Shown: in pieces, positions 13,341 to 26,636 of the stretch | How positions within the stretch are numbered: the first letter of the stretch is position 1 | Layout of the letters: each line of letters opens with the position of its first letter | Assembly: GCA_951406725.2 (NCBI GenBank) | Contig: OX597831.1 | Location: forward strand, 930,001 to 994,000 | Origin: Octopus vulgaris | Lineage: Eukaryota | DNA length: 64,000 nucleotides | Direction of reading: 5' to 3' | Notes under the pieces: model-generated | What the model was told of the DNA's origin: nothing | What the model saw: the letters and a program-made list of their open reading frames with translations, nothing else | The model's database searches: none | Made by a program: the position numbers and the translations under genes

Positions 13341-14256
13341 TATATAATTTTGGTTGAGTCAGTCTTTTGCTACTCTTAGTTTCACCCGTAGGTGCAGAGG
13401 ATCTTCAAGCAAGTCATAACTCTTTTTTTCCCGATAGTCAATACTAAATGTATCCATATAATATATATATATACCTGACAAAAAAAAAAAAACGGGTGGA
13501 GAATATCACACCTGGAATGTCTTTGAAGATAGATCAGGATTGAAGCTGGATCAGGACTGAGCAGGGTTAAACAACAACCTAAAGTATGACCCAGCAGAGC
13601 AAAATCAATAGTATTTTTTTTTTATTATTCATAAATGATTCTAAGCCTGAGAAAGACATCAACAGTGCAGTAAGCATTATTAAACTGCAATCTCATCTCT
13701 ATGTTAAATTAGTGTCAGTACATTTAATGCATATAGCATTAAGAACTCTAATTGGAAATATTTATGTGGTATGGGAAAATTTGTTGTTGTCGTTGTCATC
13801 ATCATCATTGCTGTTTTAATGTCCACTTTTCTATCCTGGCATGGATCAGTCAAAAATCGTTGAGGCAGATTTTCTATGGCCAGTCTTTACTCGTTACCAA
13901 GTATGGTAAAATTTTCCCCCTAGTCTTTCCAATGACAGCATATGACCAGACATGATCTCATTGAAGATTGCAAGCAACGTCATTTGTATGATAGTGACAC
14001 ACATTTATAACTGTACATGATGTCAAGACAAGGACACACACACACACAGAGAAAGGGGCTTATATCAAGCCTATGCCCAAGGCCTTGATTCACCTGCGGT
14101 TATTGAAGAAGACCCTTGACTAAGGTGCCATGACATCAATGTTTGATGACTTTTTTCAGTAGAATTTTCTGGTCAGTTCTATTGGACATTTTAACAGACA
14201 GTATATATGACCTCAGTATCTGATCCTGGTCTTTAAACATATATACATGTGTGCAG

Positions 14257-14321
<65 letters not shown>

Positions 14322-14346
14322 CATATCCATACACACACACATGCAA

Positions 14347-14396
<50 letters not shown>

Positions 14397-14569
14397 TGTA
14401 TTAGTAAATGACATTAGTAATAAACTAATACTGTTTGCATCATGCTAGCAAGTATGGGAGTTAACTCCAGACTTTCATTGTATTTGTTGAAGTAGTAATA
14501 AAAGCATCATTAATATATAATAATGTACATTAATTGGTCTAGAAAATTAAAAATTAAAATAATCAGATG

Positions 14570-14740
14570 TTAATGTTCAGTGGACCAAGAAAAATAATAT
14601 GATGCTGAACCAATGGAAATATGAACTTGTCCAGTTTGGTAAATTGGATGGTCTTAAGTTAACCATATGATGTTCCTTTAGATAAACTCTTCATAGCATC
14701 AAGTACCATCAGGAAACCTAGAACTTTGTTGACAACCCAC
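14570..14740 (+). mobile_element. Highly decayed CR1-type RT C-terminal fragment
   Basis: QWTKKNNMMLNQWKYELVQFGKLDGLKL resembles the W...NNM.LN..K.ELL.FG motif of CR1-type ORF2. Confidence 0.45.
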
Positions 14741-15158
14741 ATTAAAATGAAGTTCATATTGCTTCGGGATAATTAAAAATTCTTCTCTTTTTTCATGATT
14801 TTGCTAGGAGGAAGGATTGCAATATGACCTCTCTCAGGGCCTTTGACACTGTGGTGCAAGTGGCAAGGAGGACTGAAAAAGGAACTAAAACTCATGGCTT
14901 GCTGTAGGGTAACACAAATCTGGTGGAACATTGTCTTGTTAAATACACATTTTATGTTGATATAAATTTAGGTATGAGAAAGGATAGTTAACATATGGAT
15001 ATATGTTCCTCCTATTACATAACAGTCAAAAGTATTTGCACTTAATATTTCGCCAAATATCCTTGTTCCAAACTATAATTATTGGATCAAAAGAATGTAC
15101 ATATGGTAAATTTCCTATGGAATTAGATTTTTAGATCATCATATATATATATGTTACG

Positions 15159-15206
<48 letters not shown>

Positions 15207-15229
15207 AAAAAAAAAAATACACACACATA

Positions 15230-15729
<500 letters not shown>

Positions 15730-16665
15730 GCATGATTGTGAATACCCTCCCATCACAAACACACACACAAATATATGACATATATGTTTATGATTTTATT
15801 AAAATGAAAACACTGAAATGCACATTTGCAAGATCAGTGTATGAATTTAATTCACACAAACACAACATACACCCACTTGTGTACATGCACGTGTATACAT
15901 ACACACATGTAAGTATATCTATATATGTAAATAGACTCTCAAATTCATCCTCTTTATCTCAATTGAGATGTTATTAGATATGTAATGATCCAATAACCTC
16001 TCTCTCTCTTTCTTTCTCTCTCCTTCACTCTCTCTCTCTCTCTCTTTCTCATATATACCTTTTATTTCACTATTTGTTACCCAATGCACTCTTCTTCGTG
16101 GTGTTTGAACTAGCCTAATTTGATATTTTCACAGCATTTAATTAACCATTAGAGAGTTTTAAAATGTATTTCATGAGATCTGATGATTTGATTTTAAACT
16201 GAATCCTAGCAGTTTGTCGAAGATGCCGATATTTCCAGTTATCAATGATTTACCACAGAACACAGATTCTTTCTTATCTATGGCAAAACCCTCACCACCC
16301 CTTTAAGACACAATTGAACCAGCAGCCAGAGAGAGAAGAAAACAAAAAATTAAATAAAGGACCCTGGTGCTGATATGAAAGCATAGATTCAAATTTTTTT
16401 AGAGCAATCACAAAATGATTACATATTCAACTGAAAGAAACTGCAATGGCTTTCAAGTATTGGTGGATGGGAAGAGAGCGATAGCAAGATTGTGGATTGA
16501 TGTTGAAATGATTTCCATAAAGAGCATACATTCCCAAAATAAATTCGATATATCAAAGACGACAAATCAAATTTTCTGGGAACCAATGAATATAGATGGC
16601 TTTTGTTTTAAAGTTATTAACTTCAACTAGTCAATGCTTAACTGTCTGCGAGTTCATAATAATGT

Positions 16666-16685
16666 GACTACTACTGCAACTACTA

Positions 16686-16725
<40 letters not shown>

Positions 16726-16900
16726 AATAACTGCTGCCATTGCTACTTGCTGCTGCTTAACTCTCACCACTCCCGCTGCTGCCACCATGACCACAACCAC
16801 TATGACCACAACAACAAGCACTACAACCATGATGGTTTTTAATGACAATACCGCTGCTATGATGATGACCACTGCTGCTGCCGCCAATACAGCCATCACC
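16666..16900. repeat. (ACT)n/(GCT)n/(ACC)n triplet tract
   Basis: Read directly from the sequence. Confidence 0.8.
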
Positions 16901-17086
16901 AACATCCTCATAAAATGTTTCAAAATCAAAGAACACAAACAAATACGTCTCACTGAAATGGAAGAATTAATCCAAAAGGAAATAATCTGATGGAGTGAGA
17001 TAATCTTATAGAGTGAGTTCAATTCAAGATAAGGACAGGAGCTATCCACACTGTAGTAGTCTCTTTAATAAACCACAAACCACAAC

Positions 17087-17716
17087 TTAACCCTTTTGTT
17101 ACCAGGAGTGGCTGTGTGGTAAGTAGCTTGTTTACCAGCCACATGGTGCCGGGTTCAGTCCCACTGCGTGGCACCTTGGGCAAGTGTCTTCTACTATAGC
17201 CTCGGGCCGACCAGAGCCTTGTGAGTGGATTTGGTAGACGGAAACTGAAAGAAGCCTGTCGTATATATGTATATATATGTATGTGCATGTATGTTTGTGT
17301 GTCTGTGATTGTCCCCCTAGCATTGCTTGACAACCGATGCTGGTGTGTTTATGTCCCCGTCACTTAGCGGTTCGGCAAAAGAGACCGATAGAATAAGTAC
17401 TGGGCTTACAAAGAATAAGTTCCGGGGTCGAGTTGCTCGATTAAAGGCGGTGCACCAGCATGGCCGCAGTCAAAATGACTGAAACAAGTGAAAAAAAAAA
17501 AAATTTCAGTTGAAAACACACCGTTTTCCTTTCAATTAATTTTGAAAATAATGAAGAAAAAAGTGAAATAACTTTGCCATTATTAAGCTGATGCTTCAAA
17601 CATAAATTAACGTGAAATTCTAAAAGGAAGTTTTAATTTAGATTACTTTAAAACAGGAAGTTTGTACCATATGAGTAGGAGGTGGTCTCAGGTGGGTTGG
17701 CTATCAAAACAGTTCA
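17087..17716. mobile_element. TTAA MITE (same family as 23056, opposite orientation) interrupted by SINE A
   Basis: TTAA-CCCTTTTGTTAC at 17087; sequence after 17503 is a diverged reverse complement of the MITE at 1028 and 23056. Confidence 0.6.
17104..17503 (+). mobile_element. tRNA-derived SINE family A, near full length
   Basis: A box TGGCTGTGTGG, B box GGTTCAGTCCC, CORE-like TTGGGCAAGTGTCTT, central microsatellite, 3' end GACTGAAACAAGT plus poly(A). Confidence 0.9.
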
Positions 17717-18339
17717 ATGTGATTGACTGGAAGTTACATGAAATCCAGAAAAAAAGAAATGAGAGTCTGCACTTAACCAATATGTCCAACCACTTTTTTT
17801 TTTTTTTTTTTTTCAGAATACTAATCCCCTGGAATTCCCATTCTGACTGCATTTTACTTGTAGTCTTCAATTTGCAGCTGTTTAAGCTGAACAACCAAAA
17901 TCAATCTTATCAGAGTTAGGAAACATGCAGAGGCAATGAACACAGTCTCTCCTTTCTAACCTCCCCACTAAACACACAGACAGATAGACAGACAGACAGA
18001 GGCTGTTTGAGCTAAATTTACTGATTTTTTATGTCTCCCTTTTTTCATATAACATTATGATGTATTGGTGAGCAGTCAATGGCATTGGAGAGCACGAAGG
18101 TTAAAGTTGTAGTTGAGAAAAGTTAACAGATATGGAAGACTGGAAGTCATCTGAATATTGGAAAAGAGTAACCTGTATCTTGATTTGTGCTGGGTATCAA
18201 AATGCTGACACCATGAGTGTTGCTTGATGCTCTGTGGGCCCTATAAAGGCTATAAGACATGACATGGAGAGCTGCAATGGAGACTACAAAGCTGTGGCCA
18301 TCAAGAAGGGACACAGCCGGCATTCTGACTGTGTCTGCA

Positions 18340-18730
18340 TATCATTATCTGACTGTGTCTCCCACATCATTAAACAGGGCCTTAGGCTCTATTCAGATGG
18401 CTATGTGAAACTGCTGGAGACTGTAGTCAAACCCTGAAGAGGGTTGCTGCTGGAAGAGCAACCCTCTCCAGCTGCCACACATATGCTGCTGGAGGAACAT
18501 GTGTGTGGTAGCAGGATTTGGCTCCCTGCCATACATCTGGAAAGAACCAGAAGTGGTTGTTGAAGAATTTTTACTACTTTACCAGTCCCAATTTCTGGCC
18601 TGCTAATTCCCTGGTTGTAATACCATAGATTACTGTGTGTGGGATATGGCTGAAAAAGAGAGTGACTGCTCCAAGCTGGTGGCCAAAATCAAGGAGGTGG
18701 CTGAAGATCTTCCTGGGGACACAATGAGCA
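18340..18730 (+). pseudogene. Decayed Tc1/mariner transposase, DD37D (maT-type)
   Basis: PHIIKQGLRLYSDGYVKLLETVVKP..., then QDLAPCHTSGKNQKWLLKNFYYFTSPNFWPANS/(frameshift)PGCNTIDYCVW; 37 residues between the last two catalytic Asp after correcting the frameshift. Confidence 0.75.
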
Positions 18731-18878
18731 GCTACTTAGGGTAAACTGCTATCTCCTAGCCATAATCTAGTTGATATCTTGGGATTTTAAAAAAAAAATA
18801 CTTTAATTTTTGGATGGGATATTGTGTTTTGTTTTCCTTTTAGGAAAACTATCACATATAACCCGAACACTCTGTGTG

Positions 18879-18929
<51 letters not shown>

Positions 18930-20459
18930 CCATGAATGATATCCAGACTACAGTAGGGAAGGCAAGCCACTGGATTTGGTTGAAATGAGACAATGAGCAA
19001 TGGTTAGAAGAATATTGAGTGAAACCTGTTAACCAGTTGATCTGGCAAGCAGGGCCTCATTTCAGTGAGGTGGCTGGTGTGCAATGATGCCATTCAGAAG
19101 TAGGCTCCAAAATAGTGTGCATTCTCCTCTAATGACCTCATAAACTTGCTAGCATCTGGTATGCAAGTTGTTTGCAAAAAAATTAAATATGTGTGTATGT
19201 ATGCAATAATGCACAGGACAATGCAGTATATATACATATGCATGACAATAACCCATTTGCGTTATCGTTTATACTCCACCAGATCTGGAACCTTATCTGT
19301 GTTGGATCTTGAGCCTATAGTTGACTGTGGAATCTGTACCGGAGTGTACTCTTGTGTGACTTTGCGTACATATTGTGTATTTTGGTCAAAGCTTGTAAGT
19401 CTTTGCATAACTGGAGGGACAAATCCATATTTACTTTACTAAGTATGTAGATGTCTTGCCCAAGGTGCCATGCAGTGGGATTGAACCCGGAATTATGTGG
19501 TTGGGAAGTAAGCTTCTTACCACACAGAATTTTTATTGTACCAACCAAAAATCAGTGCAGTATACCACATTTATATGGTCCCAGGACAATTAGAGCTGGT
19601 GGAGTTACACAAGAAAAGATGGTGTGTAAGACTTCTACAGTTGGATTAGATACTTGTCTCCAGAAACAGTAAGACATCCAACTATAAATAGTAATACAAT
19701 ACGATACAAAACCATACAGCTTTATTCAATAAACAAAAATCATTAGAAAAACAAGAAATTTTGCAGAAATAGCAACATTAATGATATACTCACTTTCTAA
19801 ATAAATAAACACACAATCACACATAATATTAAAATGCACATAGCACCAAACACACATACAGTATCAAATCACACAATAACACTAAAGACTCACATAGCAC
19901 CAAACACAACATTAAACGACCACACATCAACAATTACAAAGTAACAATCTCACATAGCACTAAACATACACACATATGTAGTCTCTCTTTCCTGCTTGGG
20001 ATGCCATATATCTTCCCTTCTGTAAGAGACTTGTTCCTGTCTATCTATCATGCTTTAACCTCTCAACCCCTGGCATAAAGTCACCTCCCTCACAACTCCC
20101 AGACTCAGTTGAGGGAGACTTGTCTTGTGAGTTAATTGATGGCTTCACTAATGCCAGTACCACACAAAAACAAGTACCCAGTTCACTCAGTAAAGTGGCT
20201 GATGTTAGGAAGGGCATCCAGTTGTAGAGGCCATACCAAAGCAGACACTGGAGCTTGGCAGTCCTCTGGTTTGTCAGTTTCTCTCGATCTGTCCAACTTG
20301 TGTCAGCATGGAAAACAAACTTTAAATGATGATTTTATATATATATATATATATTGGATTATCAAATAAATTTGTTTGTTTTATCTGATAAATTGAAAAT
20401 TGAGCTGGTTTGCTGTTGACTATTAAATTCTATCAGAGTAGAATGTGAGTCAGTGGAGT

Positions 20460-20940
20460 ACATCAAAGTGATCATTTGATCGGCTAGAAATAGCAGCTAA
20501 ATCTCATTTGAATCACATCTTACAAACAGCACTACATATATTGCATCTGAAAAAAAAATGAGATGGTCATAGCTGAAATTCAACTAATCATACATCTGCT
20601 GGTTTAGGGCTGATGTGGAGCTGAGCAATAAGAGGAGAGAGGCGACAGATCTATTTCTCTCAGGTAACATTCCCAGATCTGGGAGATATTTCTAACAAGT
20701 GAATCAAGAAATCAAGTGTACAACACAGAAGAAAGGAACTAAGGAAGGATCTCCACATGGTCACCTGAACTTCTAGAAATAGCAGCCTCAATCCACATCC
20801 ACTGTTTTAAACAAATAAGGACACGCTGAATGATGTAGCTATAAAGAGTTTGGATTGTAGTACCTCTTATCATATAGCTCTGCTGGATCAGGGCTGACCT
20901 GGGACTAAAAAAAACAATAACAACAACAACAACAACAAAA
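20460..20940 (+). mobile_element. Two family D copies
   Basis: CTAGAAATAGCAG at ~20484 and ~20773; the second ends GGGACTAAAA(CAA)n. Confidence 0.7.
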
Positions 20941-21686
20941 TGCCACCATTAAATTTGAACTCATGAAATAACCAATGCCATATCTGTACAGTTGTTTTAC
21001 TTCTATTCTTGTGGTTAACAGAAACAATCAATCAATCAATTATGTAAGAAACCATAGCAATGCTAAAAGGTCATAACTGAAATATTTTCCTATTTAGAAT
21101 TGCAAACATTACTTGGAAAGCATGGTAAAAATTCAATCGATCTTTATCACTCTAGTGATAAATCATCTCAGCAACAATATAGCTACGGAACATTCTAGAA
21201 CTTGTTTTCTGGAGTATATGGAGAGAATTTGAATGTAAAATAAACTAATTCACTTTCCCATGGTTTCTTTGCAATATGACATCACTGTAGGGTGAGCCAT
21301 CAATCCTATTCTTTCACACACATATATATATATGTGTGTGTGTGTGTATCCCATTGGCTGTCTGTTCCCTTCCCAGCATGCTTAGCGGTGTGAAATTGCT
21401 AAATAAGAGATACATCCTGTTTGGTTCTCTCTGCATCATATTGGCTTCCCAAGATGCCAAGCAGTATGAGATCACTGCTTGCCAAAAGATACATCCTGTT
21501 TAGCTTTTTGCATGTATCAGCTTCATGAGTTGCCTGTCTTCTTCTAACCAACTACTATCACATGACTGTATGATGCAAGACAATATATTCCTGTCAATTT
21601 CTTAATCTGACTTATTATTGGCTGTCATCTACATTTGATTCTCAGAAGAGAAATGGTTGATAAAAAAGCCAGGAGCGGTTGGTAAA

Positions 21687-22163
21687 AAAGCCAATCTTGT
21701 AATCTTCAATTCAGTTTTCATGCCTATCCTCATCTATGGTCATGAATGTTGGATAAAGACTGAAAGAATATGATCATGAATACAAACAACCAAAATGGGA
21801 TTCCTCCAATGAATCTCTGGGGTAACGGTACTTGACAGGGTGTGTAGCTTGGAGATTGGGGACTCTCTCCAGGTTGAGCCACTACCTCTCCATATTGAGT
21901 GGTCACTGTCCCAGTAATATGGACATGTGGTTAGAATGCTGCTAGAAAAGCATCACAAGACAGACTCTTCAGGCCAAACCAGCCAGCAGGAGAGCTAGGA
22001 GTAGACCATGGGTGAAATGGTTGGCTAGTATCCATGGTCTTAGCTGATCATGCCTGGAATTCCAGCAGATAAGTGAAATGATGATTGCTTCAGATAGGAC
22101 CTTATGGAGGAGGTGGCTGAGGACTGTACTTCCAGGAATAATGGGCAGTGAAAATGGATGGAT
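21687..22163 (+). mobile_element. Expander/Rex3-like RTE LINE 3' end (stop-interrupted)
   Basis: KANLVIFNSVFMPILIYGHECWIKTERI*S*IQTTKMGFLQ*ISGVTVLDRVCSLEIGDSLQVEPLPLHIEWSLSQ*YGHVVRM..; ends GAAAATGGATGGAT. Confidence 0.8.
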
Positions 22164-23055
22164 CTACACAGAATCCTAAGCCTAATAATTATTTACTAAA
22201 ATTACTGTGTTTACAAAATTATTTCATAAGTCAACATTAGTCATTTGATCAAAAATTTGATCAAAAATATGCTAATGACATTTAGAATCAGACTTTATTT
22301 TATTTATTTATTTTTTTGAGTAAGCAATTGTATTCTTTCTTAGAATGAATAGAAAATTTTAGGGAAAACTTAAATACCAGCATATGAAACACCTCCACCA
22401 CCTATTTCATAGCATCACACCTTGAAAGCCTTTATGAAGTTATTCAACCAACCTGCAGGAAAAAGCAGCCCAATTTCCCTTAAATCACTTCTGCTATCTT
22501 AAGAAAGGAAGGACATGGATAATGCAGTGTTAAATGCACTTGAAAAGACATGATGGTCATATCTGGAATGCTTTTGATTACAGGTCTATTCAATCAGGGT
22601 TAGCCAAGACCAAAGAAGTACAACAACATTGTATAGTATCTTTTGACCTTCACGCACATATACAGGGCAGTGCTGCTGTTGCTATACACACAAAAATCTA
22701 TTTGACCACATCAACCTCCATCCAACCAAAAGGCCATTTGATTAGTGAATAGACATTCACCAATACTCAACTACCAACTACTAGCAAATACACACAGATG
22801 CAGTGCTTTGCTTTCTATTTTTCCTTCTTCTTTGCTAACTGCTGCTGCTATTCTAAACTACCAACTGAAACCTCAGCTTGCCCATCACTTACAACTATAT
22901 ACATTATATACATCTACATGCATTATAGATTCAGGATTACACTGCTGAATTATGCAAGTTGGGTATTATCCCAGGCTGTTGATTGGCAGAGTTGTTAGAA
23001 CATCACAAAGAATACTTTACTTCATTTGTTTCAGTTTTCTGTGCCCTGAGTTTAA

Positions 23056-23277
23056 CCCTTTTATTACCAATCTGGCTGAAACTGGCTCTGGCTCTGAGTA
23101 CAAATGTCTTGCTTATATAAGTTTTGAATTAAAATCTTCCACCAAACCTTAGTCACAATTTATGTTCCTAACACTAGGTGAATGATAACTAAGTTATTTT
23201 ACTAAATTCTTTTTGTTATATTTAAAGTAATTGAAAGAAACACAGTGCATCTCAAAATAAATACAGTAATAAAAGGG
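23056..23277. mobile_element. piggyBac-type MITE
   Basis: Perfect 12-bp TIR CCCTTTTATTAC / GTAATAAAAGGG with TTAA on both sides (23052-55, 23278-81); inserted in a family B SINE. Confidence 0.85.
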
Positions 23278-23644
23278 TTAAACCTTACCAAGGACAGTTC
23301 TAACTTTCACTCTTTCAAGGTCGATAAAATAAAGTACTAGTCAAGTACTGGGATTGATTCTTCTTCTTTCCATATTTCTCTCTCTCTCTCACTCATTCAC
23401 TCTGTGTGTCTGCTGTCTGGCTGTCTCTCTCTTTTGATCAAGAAGAAACATGGAAAGAAATGGGTTCCACCAAGTTGTACATGACATATGTCATGATGAC
23501 CTCCCTATGACTCCATTAAGAGTTGAGGCATCTTCCCCTATCATCATCAGAACCTTACTTCATCACATCTTAGAGACATCATTCAGTCTTTCCAGTTACT
23601 ACAGAAACATCTCATTGCAAATAGTGTCCTAATTTTAGCACACA

Positions 23645-23681
<37 letters not shown>

Positions 23682-23684
<3 letters not shown>

Positions 23685-24095
23685 TCATCATCATCATCAT
23701 CATCATTTAGCATCCGCTTTCCATGCTAGCATGGGTTGGGCAGTTCAACTGGGGTCTGGGAAGCCAGGAGGCTGCACCAGGCCCCAATCTGATCTGGCAA
23801 TGTTTCTACAGCTGGATGCCCTTCCTAACACCAACCACTCCGTGAGTGTAGTGGGTGCTTTTTACGTGCCACCGGCACAGGTGCCAGACGGGGCTGGCAA
23901 ACGGCCACGGTTGGATGGTGCTTTTCACGTGCCACCGACACGGGGACCAGGCGAGGCTGGCAACGGCCATGATCGGATGGTGCTTCTTACATGCCACCAG
24001 CACGGAGGCCCGTTGGGGCGGCGCTGGCAGTGGCCACATTCAGATGGTTCACTTACGAGCCACCGGCACTGGTATCACAAGTACAATTTCCATAC
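23682..24095 (-). mobile_element. SINE family C, long copy with 4 internal ~62-bp repeats
   Basis: (CAT)n tail, CCATGCTAGCATGG palindrome, repeated GGTGCTTTTTACGTGCCACCGGCAC. Confidence 0.85.
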
Positions 24096-24111
24096 CGAAA
24101 CATATGTATGT

Positions 24112-24142
<31 letters not shown>

Positions 24143-24840
24143 TTTTATTAGCCACAGGGGCATTTGCAGAAATTGGGGATGGTAGTCAATGCTTTATAGA
24201 ACATACACTGTTTCATCAAAATGCTGTAATGAATACATGACAATTGTAAAAACATTATGCAGTCTTACACTCAACTCATCAGTATTCCACAATATATATA
24301 TATGTATACACACACACACACACACACTCACACACAAATATATATAGATATACATATAAATACATACATATACATACATACATATAAATATATTTAAACA
24401 TACACCACACACACATACAGTCATTGTAGGTCTTTACATCATACTGTCATCCAACATTAAGTATCATTACATTACATATATCATTAAAATCTCTTTAGTC
24501 GCTGCATGTTTCTCATTTTCACTTCACCATGATAGGAAGAGAACAATGTAGTTAATATAGCAACTAAATAAACCTGCATTTGGCAATCGAACTTGCTAGA
24601 AAAGACAGCCAAATATCTCTCAAATCTCTCAAGTTACATTCCTACCATCTTTAAAGAGAAAGGATACATTTAAGAATGTAGTAGCCCCTGATTTATAAAA
24701 AGACAGTCTTTAGCATTCTTATTTTTTCTTTTACTGGTTTTGGTAGTTGGACTGTGACCATGCCAAGGTACCAGTTTTAAGGGTTTTAGTCAATTACACC
24801 AACCCTGGTACTTATTTCAGTTTGATAATTCTTTCATCAA

Positions 24841-25070
24841 TTGCAGCATGGAAGACAAAATTCTGTTCTAGCATAGAATTTTTTCAGTGAACAGGTTGCG
24901 ATCTCAAAGCGACGAAAATATTTTGACAAATTAAATTTAAATGTTGAAGTGAATCTAACGATTTTTGTGTGTTTCTTAAATGGCTTATAAACACCTTCCA
25001 TGCTGCACTTGTTTTCATTCCAGCACACAATCTCAGATCAGGTCACTTGCTATGCAAGTACATATCCGTA
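24841..25070 (+). mobile_element. Asymmetric fold-back element with variant hammerhead motif (24877-24932)
   Basis: Inverted repeats GCAGCATGGAAG / CTTCCATGCTGC and AAAATTCT / AGAATTTT around CTAG; second family member at 38880-39085 (minus). Confidence 0.55.
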
Positions 25071-25203
25071 GTTCTTTTATCAATTTAAATTTATCAAACT
25101 ACAAGGTTATTCTTTGACATAAATGATGCAGTCAGTGTCAAACACTTGGAAATATAAACACATTAAAACATTGCACCACATATATATATATATATATATA
25201 TAT

Positions 25204-25435
25204 AGGGGAAGAATTCACAAAAAAACCCCACATATTTGTTCTTGTGTCAAGTTATATATAAAAACAATATTAAACTGAAGGATGTCTCAATACTTTTTAA
25301 TAGAGTGCATCTTTAGCCACTTTTACAAGGAATGGGCTGACAGTGACTTCAAGTTCACTTTCATCAGAGAGTTTGATGAAGGTGAGCAGACCAAAACTCT
25401 AAAGTAATTTAAAACTTTTCCTTGTAAAACCTAAT
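25204..25435 (-). mobile_element. Fold-back element, same family as 30667-30890, decayed hammerhead arms
   Basis: Inverted repeat TTTTACAAGGAA / TTCCTTGTAAAA around TTCATCAG..TTGATGAA; 25235-25310 is the reverse complement of 30815-30890. Confidence 0.6.
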
Positions 25436-25638
25436 GTATATATATGTTATGTGTGTGTGTGTGTGAGTGTGTGCACGCATTTATGTATGTATGATGGGTT
25501 TCCATATAGCTTCCATGTACTGAATTTCATTGGACAACCTGGTGCTTGAAGGGCATCACAGTAGGATTGAACACAAAACCATGTAGTTGTGTAGCAAAAT
25601 TCTTAACAACATGGCTATGTTTATTTAAATACCATATA

Positions 25639-26040
25639 GATGTAGGCATGACTGTGTGGTAAGAAATTTGCTCCCCAACTACATGGTTTCAGGTTCAGTG
25701 CCATTGCATGGCACCTTGGGAAATTGTCTTTTTCTATAGCCTTAGCCAGCCCAAGGTGCTGTGAGTGGATTCAGTAGACAGAAACTGAAAGATGACTGTG
25801 AGACACACACACACACATATATACATATGTATTCACATATGTGTGTTGGTCTTTGATAACTGGTACTGGTTTGTTTACTTCCCCTAACTTAGCAGTTGAG
25901 TAAAAGAGACCTAGAGAATAAGTATGATTTTAAAAGAATAAAAAAAGCACTGGGGTTGATTTGCTTGATAATACCTCTCAAGGTGATGCCCCAGCATGGC
26001 AGCAGTCCAATGACAGAAACAAGTAAAAGATAAAAAGATA
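25639..26040 (+). mobile_element. SINE family A (diverged, full length)
   Basis: Colinear with 41385-41782. Confidence 0.8.
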
Positions 26041-26242
26041 TTGATGGCATATGATAAAAGTTAGATACAAGAAGGAAGCAATGCTTTCTCATACAATAAT
26101 TATTATTATAAGAAAATTAATACATTTATTATCAAATGACAGACCAAAACAACTCTTCTGAACCAATAAGGATCTTGATATTATTCAATTCCCTAGAAAT
26201 AGCAGCAAAAATCTCCATGAAATTGCATTCTTTTATCTTAAA

Positions 26243-26636
26243 CTAGCAGTATTGCCCGGCGTTGCTCGGGTTTGTTTCAACCCTTTAGAATTGGAATTTT
26301 TGAAAAGTAAAAATTTTGCATTATGTAGCTTGTTATTCTCGTTAAGTGAACATTTCTCTGGTTGAAATACACCGAAAAATGGCGACGTAGCAGTCAAAAA
26401 ATCGTAAAAAATAAGGATTTTCATAGAAAAAAAGCACCTTTTTGATGTAAATAATTTTTGGTGTTAACATGGTCTGATTTGAATTTTTTCTTCTACGGAA
26501 GGAAGAGCAAGCCTTCTTCTATCATACTCTCAATTTTGGTCAACTTGTGCCACAGGGTCTCGGAGGAGATAGTGTTAGTTGAAGGCTACCAAACCTGCCA
26601 TACACAGACAACTTCAGCTTTACATATATAGAGAGA
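26243..26636 (-). mobile_element. Non-autonomous Helitron
   Basis: Minus strand: 5' TC(TCTCTATATATGTAAAG)...3' hairpin CCCGAGCAACGCCGGG, then CTAG; inserted between A (26242) and T (26637) with no TSD; splits a family D element. Confidence 0.85.

Noticed and set aside
23853-24070. Repeat-spacer pattern reminiscent of CRISPR
   Set aside because: Internal to a eukaryotic SINE, spacers are mutually related, and there are no cas genes.
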